Positions 10,220 to 19,357 of a stretch of 59,875 nucleotides of DNA are shown here, in pieces. Every line of letters begins with the position of its first letter. Positions within the stretch are counted from its first letter, which is position 1. The stretch is from Sediminibacterium sp. GTDB taxonomy: Bacteria > Bacteroidota > Bacteroidia > Chitinophagales > Chitinophagaceae. The translations under genes and the position numbers were made by a program. The notes beneath the pieces are model-generated. The model did no database searches and had not been told where the DNA came from. It saw nothing but the letters and a program-made list of their open reading frames with translations. The DNA lies in contig JBILIU010000001.1 in the NCBI GenBank assembly GCA_044368905.1, forward strand, positions 1 to 59,875, given 5' to 3'.

Positions 10220-10603
10220 TTATGCTCTTGGAGGCTGAAAGATGGCATTCAGTTTGGTAGAAAGATCAAATCGATCATCTACCACAGGATAGATTCGATT
10301 GATAGAAAATACGATTGGCTGAATCGTGAAATTTTTTGGAGCAAAAACACTCACAAAATTTAAAAGCGAAATAGTTCTATTGGAAGATTTAAAAGGCAAT
10401 TCCATGTCTTGTTGAAAATCACTATCATACGTTTGTACCGAAAAATAGTGAACATCAATAAATCGACTAAAACTAATACCTTCTGTGATTTGTTGATGCG
10501 TTTTATAATGCGCAATCAGATTCGGTATCTTCAATAATTGATAAGCCTCTGTAGCTCCTAAGAGATACAGAGACATCAAAAATATAGTAAGTACTTTTTT
10601 CAC
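10220..10603 (-). CDS. Small exported/membrane-anchored protein upstream of czcA; candidate leader (arrest) peptide
   Basis: GTG start; N-terminal hydrophobic segment, HYKTH...HY...LPFK core, C-terminal IFQPPRA-stop. Confidence 0.75.
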   Translation of the reverse strand: MKKVLTIFLMSLYLLGATEAYQLLKIPNLIAHYKTHQQITEGISFSRFIDVHYFSVQTYDSDFQQDMELPFKSSNRTISLLNFVSVFAPKNFTIQPIVFSINRIYPVVDDRFDLSTKLNAIFQPPRA

Positions 10604-10607
10604 CTTT

Positions 10608-10615
10608 TAAAGTTA
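10608..10615 (-). promoter_or_regulatory. Bacteroidota -7-like promoter element 4 nt before the GTG start
   Basis: Minus strand TAACTTTA-AAAG-GTG; the TAA doubles as the stop codon of the upstream gene. Confidence 0.5.
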
Positions 10616-11416
10616 CAGCTTTTTTCGTTGTTTTAGCTTGGGTAAAGCATTAAAAAATAGGTAATCCAAGCTAATGAAAAGGCTATTATTAGTCATTCTA
10701 TTGGTTTTTTCTAGTAAAGCAAATCGATAGCCTAGATTCAGTTTTGACTGGCTATTAAAAATCATTTGAATAGCAGGTGCCGCATCTAAATATTGTCCCC
10801 TTCCGGATAATAATTTTTGCCCTAGTAGTTCCAAATATAAATTCACATTAGTTTGACCATAGGAGGAATAACGTTTGGGATACACTAAAATTCCATTGGA
10901 AAAACTATACTGAAAAGCACCCCTGCCATAATGTTGACTCCAATTTTGTTTTTCAACATAACCCAAACTAAGCGAACTCGCCCATTTATGTTTTAATTGT
11001 GTTGCAATAAATCCTAACCCATTGACAGATTCTTCTCCATCCAATAAGACAGCACTGGTATGGATTGCTTTAAGATTGGTTTGGATGGATTTGGCATAAA
11101 AAGCAAACCTTGTATGTGCATACATCGCATCTTTGGTATAGAATCGATATTGAACATAGGCATCCTTTCCATTATAATTGGTACCTAGATAAAGGGATAC
11201 TTTTTTACTTAGTCCAAATTGCATCTGCGTATATTGATTGTTTCTACTTGAGTTCCCACCCATTTTTTGAAAACTATGCTTTAAGCCTATTGACCTAGCA
11301 GGCTTTGTACTTGCTGGATCCGAAAACACATAAAGCTCTTGCGCAATCGTGGGTAAAAAAGCAAAGATGGCAATGATCAATCCACAAAATCCAATTGGCA
11401 GAAGCCGCCTATTCAT
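10613..11416 (-). CDS. Hypothetical exported protein, probable outer-membrane beta-barrel
   Basis: Start moved to ATG 11416 (MNRRLL, signal peptide ending TIA-Q); alternating aromatic beta-strand patterns (KLNLGYRF, LFISLDYLF); 8-nt overlap with the HMA gene. Confidence 0.65.
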   Translation of the reverse strand: MNRRLLPIGFCGLIIAIFAFLPTIAQELYVFSDPASTKPARSIGLKHSFQKMGGNSSRNNQYTQMQFGLSKKVSLYLGTNYNGKDAYVQYRFYTKDAMYAHTRFAFYAKSIQTNLKAIHTSAVLLDGEESVNGLGFIATQLKHKWASSLSLGYVEKQNWSQHYGRGAFQYSFSNGILVYPKRYSSYGQTNVNLYLELLGQKLLSGRGQYLDAAPAIQMIFNSQSKLNLGYRFALLEKTNRMTNNSLFISLDYLFFNALPKLKQRKKL

Positions 11417-11840
11417 ATACCAAACTTTGTACACCAAATCCTGCATCTGTCACCGCTGATTTGATTTGATCTATCTCTACTTTTTTCCCAGTTTTAAAAG
11501 CTAAAATATACATTGACTTTTCAATGTCTACTTTCACTTCTTCAACAAATTCTAATTTAGATAATGCTTTGAAAATAGCTTTTGAACACATAGAACAAGT
11601 TAAACCAGAAGCAACAAGGGTCACTTTCTTGATTGCTGCAACTTGAGTTGAATCACGATCATATTTACAACATTCATGCAACGCGTCATATGCTGCTTTT
11701 GTAGCTGTTTTTGCAGCTTTTTCGATACTTGATTTGCACATGCCACAATTACCTGATACTTTTAATTTTGTAGGAGTTTGCGCATTTGCCGAGAAAACAA
11801 TGGCCAATATAAAGCCAGAAAATAGAATAAATTTTTTCAT
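11409..11840 (-). CDS. Periplasmic heavy-metal-associated (HMA) domain protein; first HMA domain internally shortened
   Basis: Signal peptide ending ANA-Q; GNCGMC, LHECCKY and GLTCSMC metal-binding motifs; start moved to ATG 11840. Confidence 0.85.
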   Translation of the reverse strand: MKKFILFSGFILAIVFSANAQTPTKLKVSGNCGMCKSSIEKAAKTATKAAYDALHECCKYDRDSTQVAAIKKVTLVASGLTCSMCSKAIFKALSKLEFVEEVKVDIEKSMYILAFKTGKKVEIDQIKSAVTDAGFGVQSLVYE

Positions 11841-11880
11841 AAAATAATTTTGATTTTGAAATACTAGAAATACAAATAGC

Positions 11881-11913
11881 ATGGAAACAGCAAAATAATT
11901 TTGCCGACTCCAT
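11881..11913 (-). promoter_or_regulatory. RNA hairpin between the HYC_CC_PP-like ORF and the HMA gene
   Basis: Minus strand AUGGAGUCGGCAAAA-UUA-UUUUGCUGUUUCCAU folds with two G-U pairs and one U-U mismatch. Confidence 0.55.
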
Positions 11914-11932
11914 CATCATAACTAGATTAAAA

Positions 11933-12307
11933 TCAAATTAAATAAAGACAATCTAAGGCATAGATTGGTAGACCTGTAAATAACAGCCCCTTCTTAGAAT
12001 GTAATTGAATGGAAGTATGCTTTACAACTACAGTAGGAACTGTGTATGTAAAATGAAATACAGGAATACTTGTTACTGATAAACTCTTTTTTACTGTTTG
12101 AAATTCAGCAGACTGATGTAGGTCTTGCTTTTTAACAAAACTTGTTTTTTCTGAACAACAAGTATCCTTTTTAGTTGACTTGTTTTTAGATGCATTGCCA
12201 CATAAACATTTTTGAACTTTCCCAGCACATAGATGTGCTTTTACAGTTGCTCCAATGCTGGAAAAACTGTACACAAATAAAAGTAGGATGGTCAAGCATT
12301 GTTTCAC
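11933..12307 (-). CDS. HYC_CC_PP-like Cys-rich small protein
   Basis: GTG start; signal-like N terminus, HLCAGK, CLC, DTCC, C-terminal LPIYALDCLYLI; upstream of an HMA gene. Confidence 0.75.
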   Translation of the reverse strand: MKQCLTILLLFVYSFSSIGATVKAHLCAGKVQKCLCGNASKNKSTKKDTCCSEKTSFVKKQDLHQSAEFQTVKKSLSVTSIPVFHFTYTVPTVVVKHTSIQLHSKKGLLFTGLPIYALDCLYLI

Positions 12308-12311
12308 AATA

Positions 12312-12319
12312 CAAAGGTA
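12312..12319 (-). promoter_or_regulatory. Bacteroidota -7 promoter element (TAnnTTTG) 4 nt before the GTG start
   Basis: Minus strand TACCTTTG-TATT-GTG. Confidence 0.65.
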
Positions 12320-12322
12320 GTA

Positions 12323-14308
12323 CTAATTGATAAAATTCCACCAAATCCCAATCCTTAACCAAGTCCCTGTTCCTGGATAATTTGGTGCAGTAAATTGATA
12401 ACGTGTCCCTAGTTGATTACTAGTGGCTAACAAAGTATTCAACTGTTCCATACGTATAAATCCTTTGAATCTTTTTATCCTGAAATTTAAAAACGCATTG
12501 GTAATAGGCCTATTATTGGTTGTAAATTGATCTTGCAGGTAAAACTGTCCCGTGAGTGGCATATATGCGTCGGGTTGAAAAGCGCTGTGATAGATCAATT
12601 CTAAGCCAGTGGATAGGAATAAGTTTTTAAAGAAATTGCCCTCAAAAGCAAGGCGCTGTCTAGTGAAAATAACAGGCAAATGCAATGGCGCATTGGGATC
12701 TACTAACTGTAAACTTAGCTCATTGTACCAATTCCAATGCGTACTTAATTTCAATTGATTGGATACCGTACCCTTAATATAACTCAATGCCTTATCATAA
12801 ACCAATGGTTGATACCCTGAAGCAAAATATTGAAAATTTTGAATGAGTTTGTACTGAAACGAAGCAGTTAGACCTCGGCTTTTTTGATCCCACATAGCAC
12901 CAGCCTCTATAATATTTTCTTTATCAATACCACTTAATTTGGAAATAGGGAATGCGGTGATACCTAGACGATTAAAGGAAGGCGTACGATTTGAATTTTG
13001 TAACCATAAAGCAACTTGATCCCCTTTTTTATTGAATACACTAGTCAAAGAAAACAATGCTTCATAATCTCCTGCATGATAGCCATTTAAAAATAATTTT
13101 CCAGATGCTTGAATATCCCATCGCAGGTTCTTGGTTTTATTTTTATAAACACCGAGTCCATATACATCATGATTGAACCAGCTTTGTAGGGTGTCTTTAA
13201 AATTCAATTGCTGGTAACCAAGTCCAACTTGAAGGAATTGATTGGGATTGGTTTTCTCTGGGAAAGAAACTAAGCTAAATTCATTCGAGAATCTTCTCCA
13301 TTGATCTTGAAACAACATGGCATCTCCCACTGGCAATTTGTAATTAAAATACTGCTCATAATTGAGGGCCAAAGGATTCGCGTCAGCAAAAGTAAATTGA
13401 TTGGATTGGTATTTTATTTCATTCTGGAATCGGAGTCTAGGATAAAATAAATAAGTGGTCACTGTGTCCTTCATTACAGAATCTTTTTGTCCAATATCAT
13501 AGGTCTGCTTCCATACAAAGTTTTGTTCCTTATTGGTTGTACCAGTCGCAATATTCGTATTGAATGGATTTCTAAAAGATGCACCACTAATCCCCAATCT
13601 TGTTTCTAGCTCATAGGGGTTGTTTAATGAAAGACTGTCAATTAATTGACTGTTCACTAACCCTCCATTTTCCGAAGACGCGGATTTATTCAACAACATG
13701 ACCCAATAAGAAGCATAGCGCTTACGTTTAGATTGATAATTTGCAGCAATGCGCATATTATTCAAATTCGCATGTTGATTTTTTAAATTTCCTGGTGCGT
13801 TGCTAAAGCGATAGGCAAAAGAATAATTGAATTGCTTGGTTTTATTTTGGGTATGCAATAATTCTATCAATTGTTCTCCTTTTCCTCCCAATAAATACCC
13901 TAATTCGGTATACGGCTTGGTAGTTTGATAAAATGGGGTTTGCTCTAATGTGTAATTGTACACTTCATAGGACCTAAAGCCAGGATCCCATCCGCCTCTC
14001 TGCAAAGGATTAAACAAAAAGGATTTGCTAGCATTCCCTAAATTTCCTAAATGATAATTACTATAAGGCAGGATGAATTTTGAAAAGAAATCATTTACAC
14101 TTGTATCCATATTCTGAATGGCCAAGCTATTGTACAATCGATAATAAATTGCTATTGAATCCTCTGCCTTATCTCTTTTTTGTAAGGAGTCTGTTGCACC
14201 TCCTCCCCCGCCACCAAATGAATTAAAACGCATATTCTGTGCACTCAACTGTCCAATCAATAGACAAGTTGCAAAACAACAGATGATTAAAATACGCTTA
14301 GTCCTCAT
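12323..14308 (-). CDS. Putative porin (Bacteroidota outer-membrane beta-barrel)
   Basis: Signal peptide ending LSA-Q; LGNLGNA, TTKPYTEL, SENGG; C-terminal RIGIWWNFIN barrel signal. Confidence 0.8.
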   Translation of the reverse strand: MRTKRILIICCFATCLLIGQLSAQNMRFNSFGGGGGGATDSLQKRDKAEDSIAIYYRLYNSLAIQNMDTSVNDFFSKFILPYSNYHLGNLGNASKSFLFNPLQRGGWDPGFRSYEVYNYTLEQTPFYQTTKPYTELGYLLGGKGEQLIELLHTQNKTKQFNYSFAYRFSNAPGNLKNQHANLNNMRIAANYQSKRKRYASYWVMLLNKSASSENGGLVNSQLIDSLSLNNPYELETRLGISGASFRNPFNTNIATGTTNKEQNFVWKQTYDIGQKDSVMKDTVTTYLFYPRLRFQNEIKYQSNQFTFADANPLALNYEQYFNYKLPVGDAMLFQDQWRRFSNEFSLVSFPEKTNPNQFLQVGLGYQQLNFKDTLQSWFNHDVYGLGVYKNKTKNLRWDIQASGKLFLNGYHAGDYEALFSLTSVFNKKGDQVALWLQNSNRTPSFNRLGITAFPISKLSGIDKENIIEAGAMWDQKSRGLTASFQYKLIQNFQYFASGYQPLVYDKALSYIKGTVSNQLKLSTHWNWYNELSLQLVDPNAPLHLPVIFTRQRLAFEGNFFKNLFLSTGLELIYHSAFQPDAYMPLTGQFYLQDQFTTNNRPITNAFLNFRIKRFKGFIRMEQLNTLLATSNQLGTRYQFTAPNYPGTGTWLRIGIWWNFIN

Positions 14309-14347
14309 GTTCGTTATTATATTAGTGCTATGAAAAAAGCAAACGCC

Positions 14348-15175
14348 TTATGCGGCGATTTCTTTTACCAATGCACTGAAAATTACAGTTAATAAAGGCT
14401 CGGCTGCATTTGCTGCTGCCAACACTTCTTCGTGTGTGATGACGTTATTGTCTTCTCTTATACCTAAATCGGTTACCACACTCATTGCAAAAACTTTCAT
14501 GCCACAATGCACTGCAGCAATATTTTCTTGCACTGTACTCATGCCCACCACATCTCCACCTGAAATTTTGATGAGTTGATACTCAGCCCTTGTTTCAAAA
14601 GTTGGACCTGTCACGCCCACATATACGCCTTCGTGTACTTTAATTTTATTTGCTGCTGCAATTTGTTTTGCTTTTTCAATAAACACATTGGCATAAGGCG
14701 CACTCATGTCTGGGAAACGTGTCCCAAGCGCAGGTTCATTTTTTCCCAATAAAGGATTGGGTGTGAAAAAACTAATATGATCTTTGATGATCATTAAATC
14801 CCCCACTTCATAAGCCTTGTTGACCCCACCAGCGGCATTTGATAATAAAAGATTTTCTACCCCTAGTAATTTTAATACGCGAATTGGGAAAACAACTTGT
14901 TCAGCAGTATAGCCCTCATAAAAATGGAAACGGCCTTCCATGACCCAAACTTTTTTACCATTCAATGTGCCCAAAATCAATCTTCCTTTATGTCCTTCAA
15001 CGGTACTCACTGGAAAATTTGGTATTTCACTATATGGAATACTGAATTCTGCTTCAATCACACTTGATAAATTGCCCAATCCACTACCTAATATGATAGC
15101 AGTATTTGCTTTTGTAGTAATTTTTGACTGAATGAAACCTGCAGTTGCTTCTAACTGTTGCATTAATGGAGACAT
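14348..15175 (-). CDS. punA: Purine-nucleoside phosphorylase (trimeric, family 2)
   Basis: ILGSGLG, GRFHFYEGY, SNAAGG, GPTFET, VGMST; start moved to ATG 15175. Confidence 0.93.
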   Translation of the reverse strand: MSPLMQQLEATAGFIQSKITTKANTAIILGSGLGNLSSVIEAEFSIPYSEIPNFPVSTVEGHKGRLILGTLNGKKVWVMEGRFHFYEGYTAEQVVFPIRVLKLLGVENLLLSNAAGGVNKAYEVGDLMIIKDHISFFTPNPLLGKNEPALGTRFPDMSAPYANVFIEKAKQIAAANKIKVHEGVYVGVTGPTFETRAEYQLIKISGGDVVGMSTVQENIAAVHCGMKVFAMSVVTDLGIREDNNVITHEEVLAAANAAEPLLTVIFSALVKEIAA

Positions 15176-15220
15176 AAATTGGCCTTTATTGAGCCACAAA
15201 TATAACAACAGTAAGGGACT

Positions 15221-16450
15221 CTAAGCCTTAATTGACTTAGTTTCTCCCTTTAAAACGGCATAGGCAATCACAGCACTAATGATCATAAATACTGCACCCA
15301 TTAAAAAAGATGCTCCGGGAAAATAAATAGGACTACCAGGCTTGGTAAAATAGGCAAATAAACTAGTCATGATCAATGGTCCTGCAATGGAAGTTACACT
15401 CATGATACTTGTTAAAGATCCCTGCAATTCGCCCTGTTCATTTTTAGGCACATGGACAGAAATCAAAGCTTGCAATGCTGGTCCAGAAATTCCACCCAAA
15501 CAATAGGGGATTAAAAATACAAACATCATCCATGAGCTACTTGCAAAAGCAAATAAGATCAAACCCAATGCATATAAAGCAATGCCAAAATACACCGATT
15601 TTTCGTTGCCTATTTTTGGATTGATATAACGAATTAATACGCCTTGAACTAAACCCACCAAAAGCCCTACCATTCCCAAGGAAAGTCCAATCATTTTAGG
15701 AGACCATTTGAATTTTTCCATATTGGCAAAACTCCAATTGCTCTGAACCGCATGTGATGCTAAATAAATAAAGACTAAAGCAAAAATCAAACCGGATACT
15801 GCAGGATATTTTTTTAAATGCACAAGAGCACCTAAAGGATTTGATCGCTTCCAATCAAAAGCCCTTCTATTTTCCACTGGCAAGGATTCAGGTAATACAA
15901 AATAACCATATACCACATTTAACAAGGCTAAAGATGCAGCGACAAAAAAAGGCAACCTTGGGCTAATTTCTCCTAAAAATCCACCTAGCATGGGTCCAAT
16001 AATAAAACCTATTCCAAAGGCAGCGCCAATCATGCCAAAATTTTGAGCTCTATTTGAATCATCACTGATATCCGCCATATAAGCCGATGCAGTCGTCACA
16101 CTTGCACCAGTAATACCTGAAATAGTTCGTCCTATAAATAACCAAAGAATGGATGGCGCAAATGCTAAAAACAAATAATCCAAACCAAAACCTAATAGCG
16201 AAATTAATAGCACCGGCCTTCTTCCATATTTGTCACTCAGACTCCCAATGAAAGGTGCAAATATGAATTGCATGGTCGCATACAAAAAAGTCATCCATCC
16301 GCCATACAGGGAAGCCTTACTTAAATCATCAGTGTGCAGCAAACCCTTTATCAATTGTGGAATGACCGGAATAATGATACCAAGGCCCACAATATCAATC
16401 ACCAATGTGAGAAAAATGAAACCAACTGCTGCCTTCTTTGTGTTTGCCAT
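15221..16450 (-). CDS. TCR/Tet-family (DHA1) MFS transporter
   Basis: GSLSDKYGRRPVL motif A, GRTISGITGA, GFIIGPMLGG, LPESL; about 12 TM segments; start moved to ATG 16450. Confidence 0.9.
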   Translation of the reverse strand: MANTKKAAVGFIFLTLVIDIVGLGIIIPVIPQLIKGLLHTDDLSKASLYGGWMTFLYATMQFIFAPFIGSLSDKYGRRPVLLISLLGFGLDYLFLAFAPSILWLFIGRTISGITGASVTTASAYMADISDDSNRAQNFGMIGAAFGIGFIIGPMLGGFLGEISPRLPFFVAASLALLNVVYGYFVLPESLPVENRRAFDWKRSNPLGALVHLKKYPAVSGLIFALVFIYLASHAVQSNWSFANMEKFKWSPKMIGLSLGMVGLLVGLVQGVLIRYINPKIGNEKSVYFGIALYALGLILFAFASSSWMMFVFLIPYCLGGISGPALQALISVHVPKNEQGELQGSLTSIMSVTSIAGPLIMTSLFAYFTKPGSPIYFPGASFLMGAVFMIISAVIAYAVLKGETKSIKA

Positions 16451-16458
16451 AAAATAAA

Positions 16459-16491
16459 TTGACGGATAGTGCAAATTTGCCTATCCGTCAA
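16459..16491. promoter_or_regulatory. 33-bp near-perfect palindrome (terminator and/or operator) 8 nt upstream of the MFS start
   Basis: TTGACGGATAG-T-GCAAATTTGC-CTATCCGTCAA; followed on the minus strand by TTTATTTT-ATG. Confidence 0.7.
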
Positions 16492-16555
16492 ATATACATG
16501 TACCTTTCAAGACTTCAAAACCTTTTGAAAGATTCACCATGAAACCTTTATTAAA

Positions 16556-19159
16556 TTATCCCTCGTTTCTAAAGACAACCACCCCGTCAAAAATATCAAT
16601 TAAGACTTTTTTGGACTTATCAATGGCACCACTTAAAATTTGCTTACTCAATTCATTCACAACCAATTTCTGAATTAAGCGCTTTAATGGCCTTGCCCCA
16701 AACTGCATGTCAAAGCCTTGTTCAGACAGGTATTCGACAAGGTAATCTGTAAACTCAATTTGCATGCCATTTTCAGCCACCAAAGACTTTAATTGTTTCA
16801 ATTGAATTTGAACAATTGATGCCATTTGCTTTCTCAATAACGGAGAGAACATGATGATATCGTCTACTCTGTTTAAAAATTCAGGACGAATTGTTTGTTT
16901 TAGCAAATCCATCACTTCTGTTTTTGCCAATGCAGTTTTTTCTTCCAAGTTCTTATCTGTCACATCTTCAAATGCATCCTGAATTAAATGACTTCCAATA
17001 TTACTTGTCATAATGATGATGGTATTTTTAAAATTGACCACCCTTCCTTTATTATCAGTTAACCTTCCATCATCCAATACTTGTAATAAGATATTCCAAA
17101 CATCTGGATGCGCTTTTTCTATTTCATCCAAGAGTACAACACTATAAGGCTTTCGACGAACAGATTCAGTCAACTGTCCACCTTCCTCATAGCCCACGTA
17201 TCCTGGAGGCGCTCCTACCAATCTTGAAACTGTATGTTTTTCCTGATACTCACTCATATCAATCCTTGTCATCATACTATCGTCATCAAATAAATAATTG
17301 GCCAATGCTTTTGCCAATTCTGTTTTTCCCACACCTGTTGTACCTAAAAAGATAAATGACCCAATTGGCTTTTTAGGATCTTGTAATCCGGCCCTACTTC
17401 TTCTAATCGCATCTGATACTGCGGTAATGGCTTCTTCCTGACCAACTACCCTTTCATGTAATGCCGTTTCTAAATGCAATAACTTTTCTCTTTCCGACTG
17501 CATCATTTTATGCACTGGTATGCCTGTTGCTTTTGCAATGTTCTCTGCAATATCATCTGCATCCACTTCCTCTTTCATTAAACGCTTGCCTTCTTCGCCC
17601 AAATCATTTAACTGATTCGTAAATTCCAATAACAAGGTTTCTTGTTCTTTTAATTTTCCATAACGGATCTCTGCAACCTGTCCATAATCTCCATTACGTT
17701 CAGCTACTTCTGCCGCTTGCTTTAATTGCTCCATTTTGCCTTTAGCATCCTGCACTTTATCCACCAATTCTTTCTCCACTTTCCATTTAGCAGTAAGGGT
17801 ATCTTGCTGCACCATCATATTGCTTATCTCTACATTCAATTGTTTTAATTGATCCGGATTGTTCTCTCGCTTAATGGCTTCTCTTTCAATTTCTAATTGT
17901 CTAATTTGGCGTTGTAAAGAATCTAAGTCCTCTGGCATAGAATTCATCTCCAATCTAAGCTTAGCAGCACTTTCGTCAATTAAATCAATCGCTTTGTCTG
18001 GTAAAAAACGATCTGTAATATACCTGGAAGAAAGTTCTACAGCAGCCACAATCGCCTCGTCTTTAATACGCACATGGTGATGTGTTTCATATCTTTCTTT
18101 CAAGCCCCTTAAAATTGAAATCGCATCTTCTTTGGAAGGCTCGTCAATCATCACTTTCTGGAATCTTCTTTCCAATGCTTTATCTTTTTCGAAAAATTTT
18201 TGATATTCATTTAAAGTAGTTGCTCCAATGGCCCTTAACTCTCCTCTAGCTAATGCTGGTTTCAAAATATTTGCAGCGTCCATAGCACCATCGCCTCCAC
18301 CAGCACCAACCAGTGTATGAATCTCATCAATGAACAAAATAATATCTCCATCACTACCTGTGACTTCCTTAATGACGCCTTTTAATCTTTCTTCAAATTC
18401 ACCTTTGTATTTTGCACCTGCAATCAATAGCCCCATATCTAAAGCATAAATAATTTTTGACTTTAAATTTTCGGGCACATCCCCATTCACAATACGCATC
18501 GCCAAACCTTCTGCAATGGCTGTTTTACCAACACCAGGCTCACCCACTAAAATTGGATTATTCTTGCTTCTTCTTGTTAGGATATGTAATGTTCTTCTTA
18601 TTTCGTCATCACGACCAATCACAGGATCTAATTTCCCTTTATTGGCCATCTCGTTTAAATTCTTTGCATATTTATTCAATGCTTGAAATTGTGTTTCTTG
18701 TGTAGCAGACTTTATCGTTTCACCCTGTCTTAATTCTGTAATAGCCGTTTTCAAACCTTTTTCGGTTAAGCCTGCATCTTTCAAAATTTTTGCAACAGCA
18801 TCATTCACTTGAAGGATACCCACAATTAAATGCTCCACAGTTACAAAGTCGTCACCAAAATCCTTTAATGACGCAGTCGCTTTTAATAAAACTGCATTCA
18901 AATCTCTACTCAATGCAGAGGCAGGTTCACCAGTTTGTTGTTTTGGTAATTTTTCAAATAAAACATCTAGTTTTTGCAAAACCCAGCTAGGTTGTACATT
19001 ATTTTTTTTCAATAAAAAATCGGTTGGACTGTCTTTGTCTCCAAGAATTGCTTTTAACAAGTGCGCAGTTTCAATGTTCGCATGTTGGTTATTGTAAGCC
19101 AATTGCTGTGCAGCCTGAATGGCTTCCTGCGCTTTGATGGTATATTGATTTAAATTCAT
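16556..19159 (-). CDS. clpB: ATP-dependent chaperone ClpB
   Basis: Two AAA+ modules ([16 protein letters not shown]), coiled-coil M domain, [20 protein letters not shown]. Confidence 0.97.
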   Translation of the reverse strand: MNLNQYTIKAQEAIQAAQQLAYNNQHANIETAHLLKAILGDKDSPTDFLLKKNNVQPSWVLQKLDVLFEKLPKQQTGEPASALSRDLNAVLLKATASLKDFGDDFVTVEHLIVGILQVNDAVAKILKDAGLTEKGLKTAITELRQGETIKSATQETQFQALNKYAKNLNEMANKGKLDPVIGRDDEIRRTLHILTRRSKNNPILVGEPGVGKTAIAEGLAMRIVNGDVPENLKSKIIYALDMGLLIAGAKYKGEFEERLKGVIKEVTGSDGDIILFIDEIHTLVGAGGGDGAMDAANILKPALARGELRAIGATTLNEYQKFFEKDKALERRFQKVMIDEPSKEDAISILRGLKERYETHHHVRIKDEAIVAAVELSSRYITDRFLPDKAIDLIDESAAKLRLEMNSMPEDLDSLQRQIRQLEIEREAIKRENNPDQLKQLNVEISNMMVQQDTLTAKWKVEKELVDKVQDAKGKMEQLKQAAEVAERNGDYGQVAEIRYGKLKEQETLLLEFTNQLNDLGEEGKRLMKEEVDADDIAENIAKATGIPVHKMMQSEREKLLHLETALHERVVGQEEAITAVSDAIRRSRAGLQDPKKPIGSFIFLGTTGVGKTELAKALANYLFDDDSMMTRIDMSEYQEKHTVSRLVGAPPGYVGYEEGGQLTESVRRKPYSVVLLDEIEKAHPDVWNILLQVLDDGRLTDNKGRVVNFKNTIIIMTSNIGSHLIQDAFEDVTDKNLEEKTALAKTEVMDLLKQTIRPEFLNRVDDIIMFSPLLRKQMASIVQIQLKQLKSLVAENGMQIEFTDYLVEYLSEQGFDMQFGARPLKRLIQKLVVNELSKQILSGAIDKSKKVLIDIFDGVVVFRNEG

Positions 19160-19189
19160 GGTACTAGTTTTAGTATTTACTATATACCC

Positions 19190-19204
19190 GCAAATAGAAA
19201 GCCA
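19190..19204 (-). promoter_or_regulatory. Candidate sigma54 (-24/-12) promoter of clpB
   Basis: Minus strand TGGCTTTCTATTTGC = GG-N10-GC, 30 nt upstream of the ATG. Confidence 0.55.
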
Positions 19205-19357
19205 TTCCTAGAATTCAGCAATTATGTCTTAATACTTGTTAAAAAAGAGCAATAAAGTCAGTCATTGCTTGTATTTTCTGCTAAATTTACATACGATGAC
19301 GAAAAGGAGTAATATGGCACAAAAAAGAAATTTATGCTTCACTAAAATGAATATGCT

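Noticed and set aside
4653-12307. Metal cluster as a mobile genomic island
   Set aside because: No integrase, transposase, tRNA or flanking direct repeats seen; the genes abut housekeeping neighbours with tiny gaps
15221-16450. Acquired tetracycline resistance gene
   Set aside because: TetA-like family only; chromosomal housekeeping context with no tetR or mobile element, so the substrate cannot be inferred
19315-19330. TGGCAC upstream of queG resembling a sigma54 -24 box
   Set aside because: No GC at the -12 position (TGGCACAAAAAAGAA)
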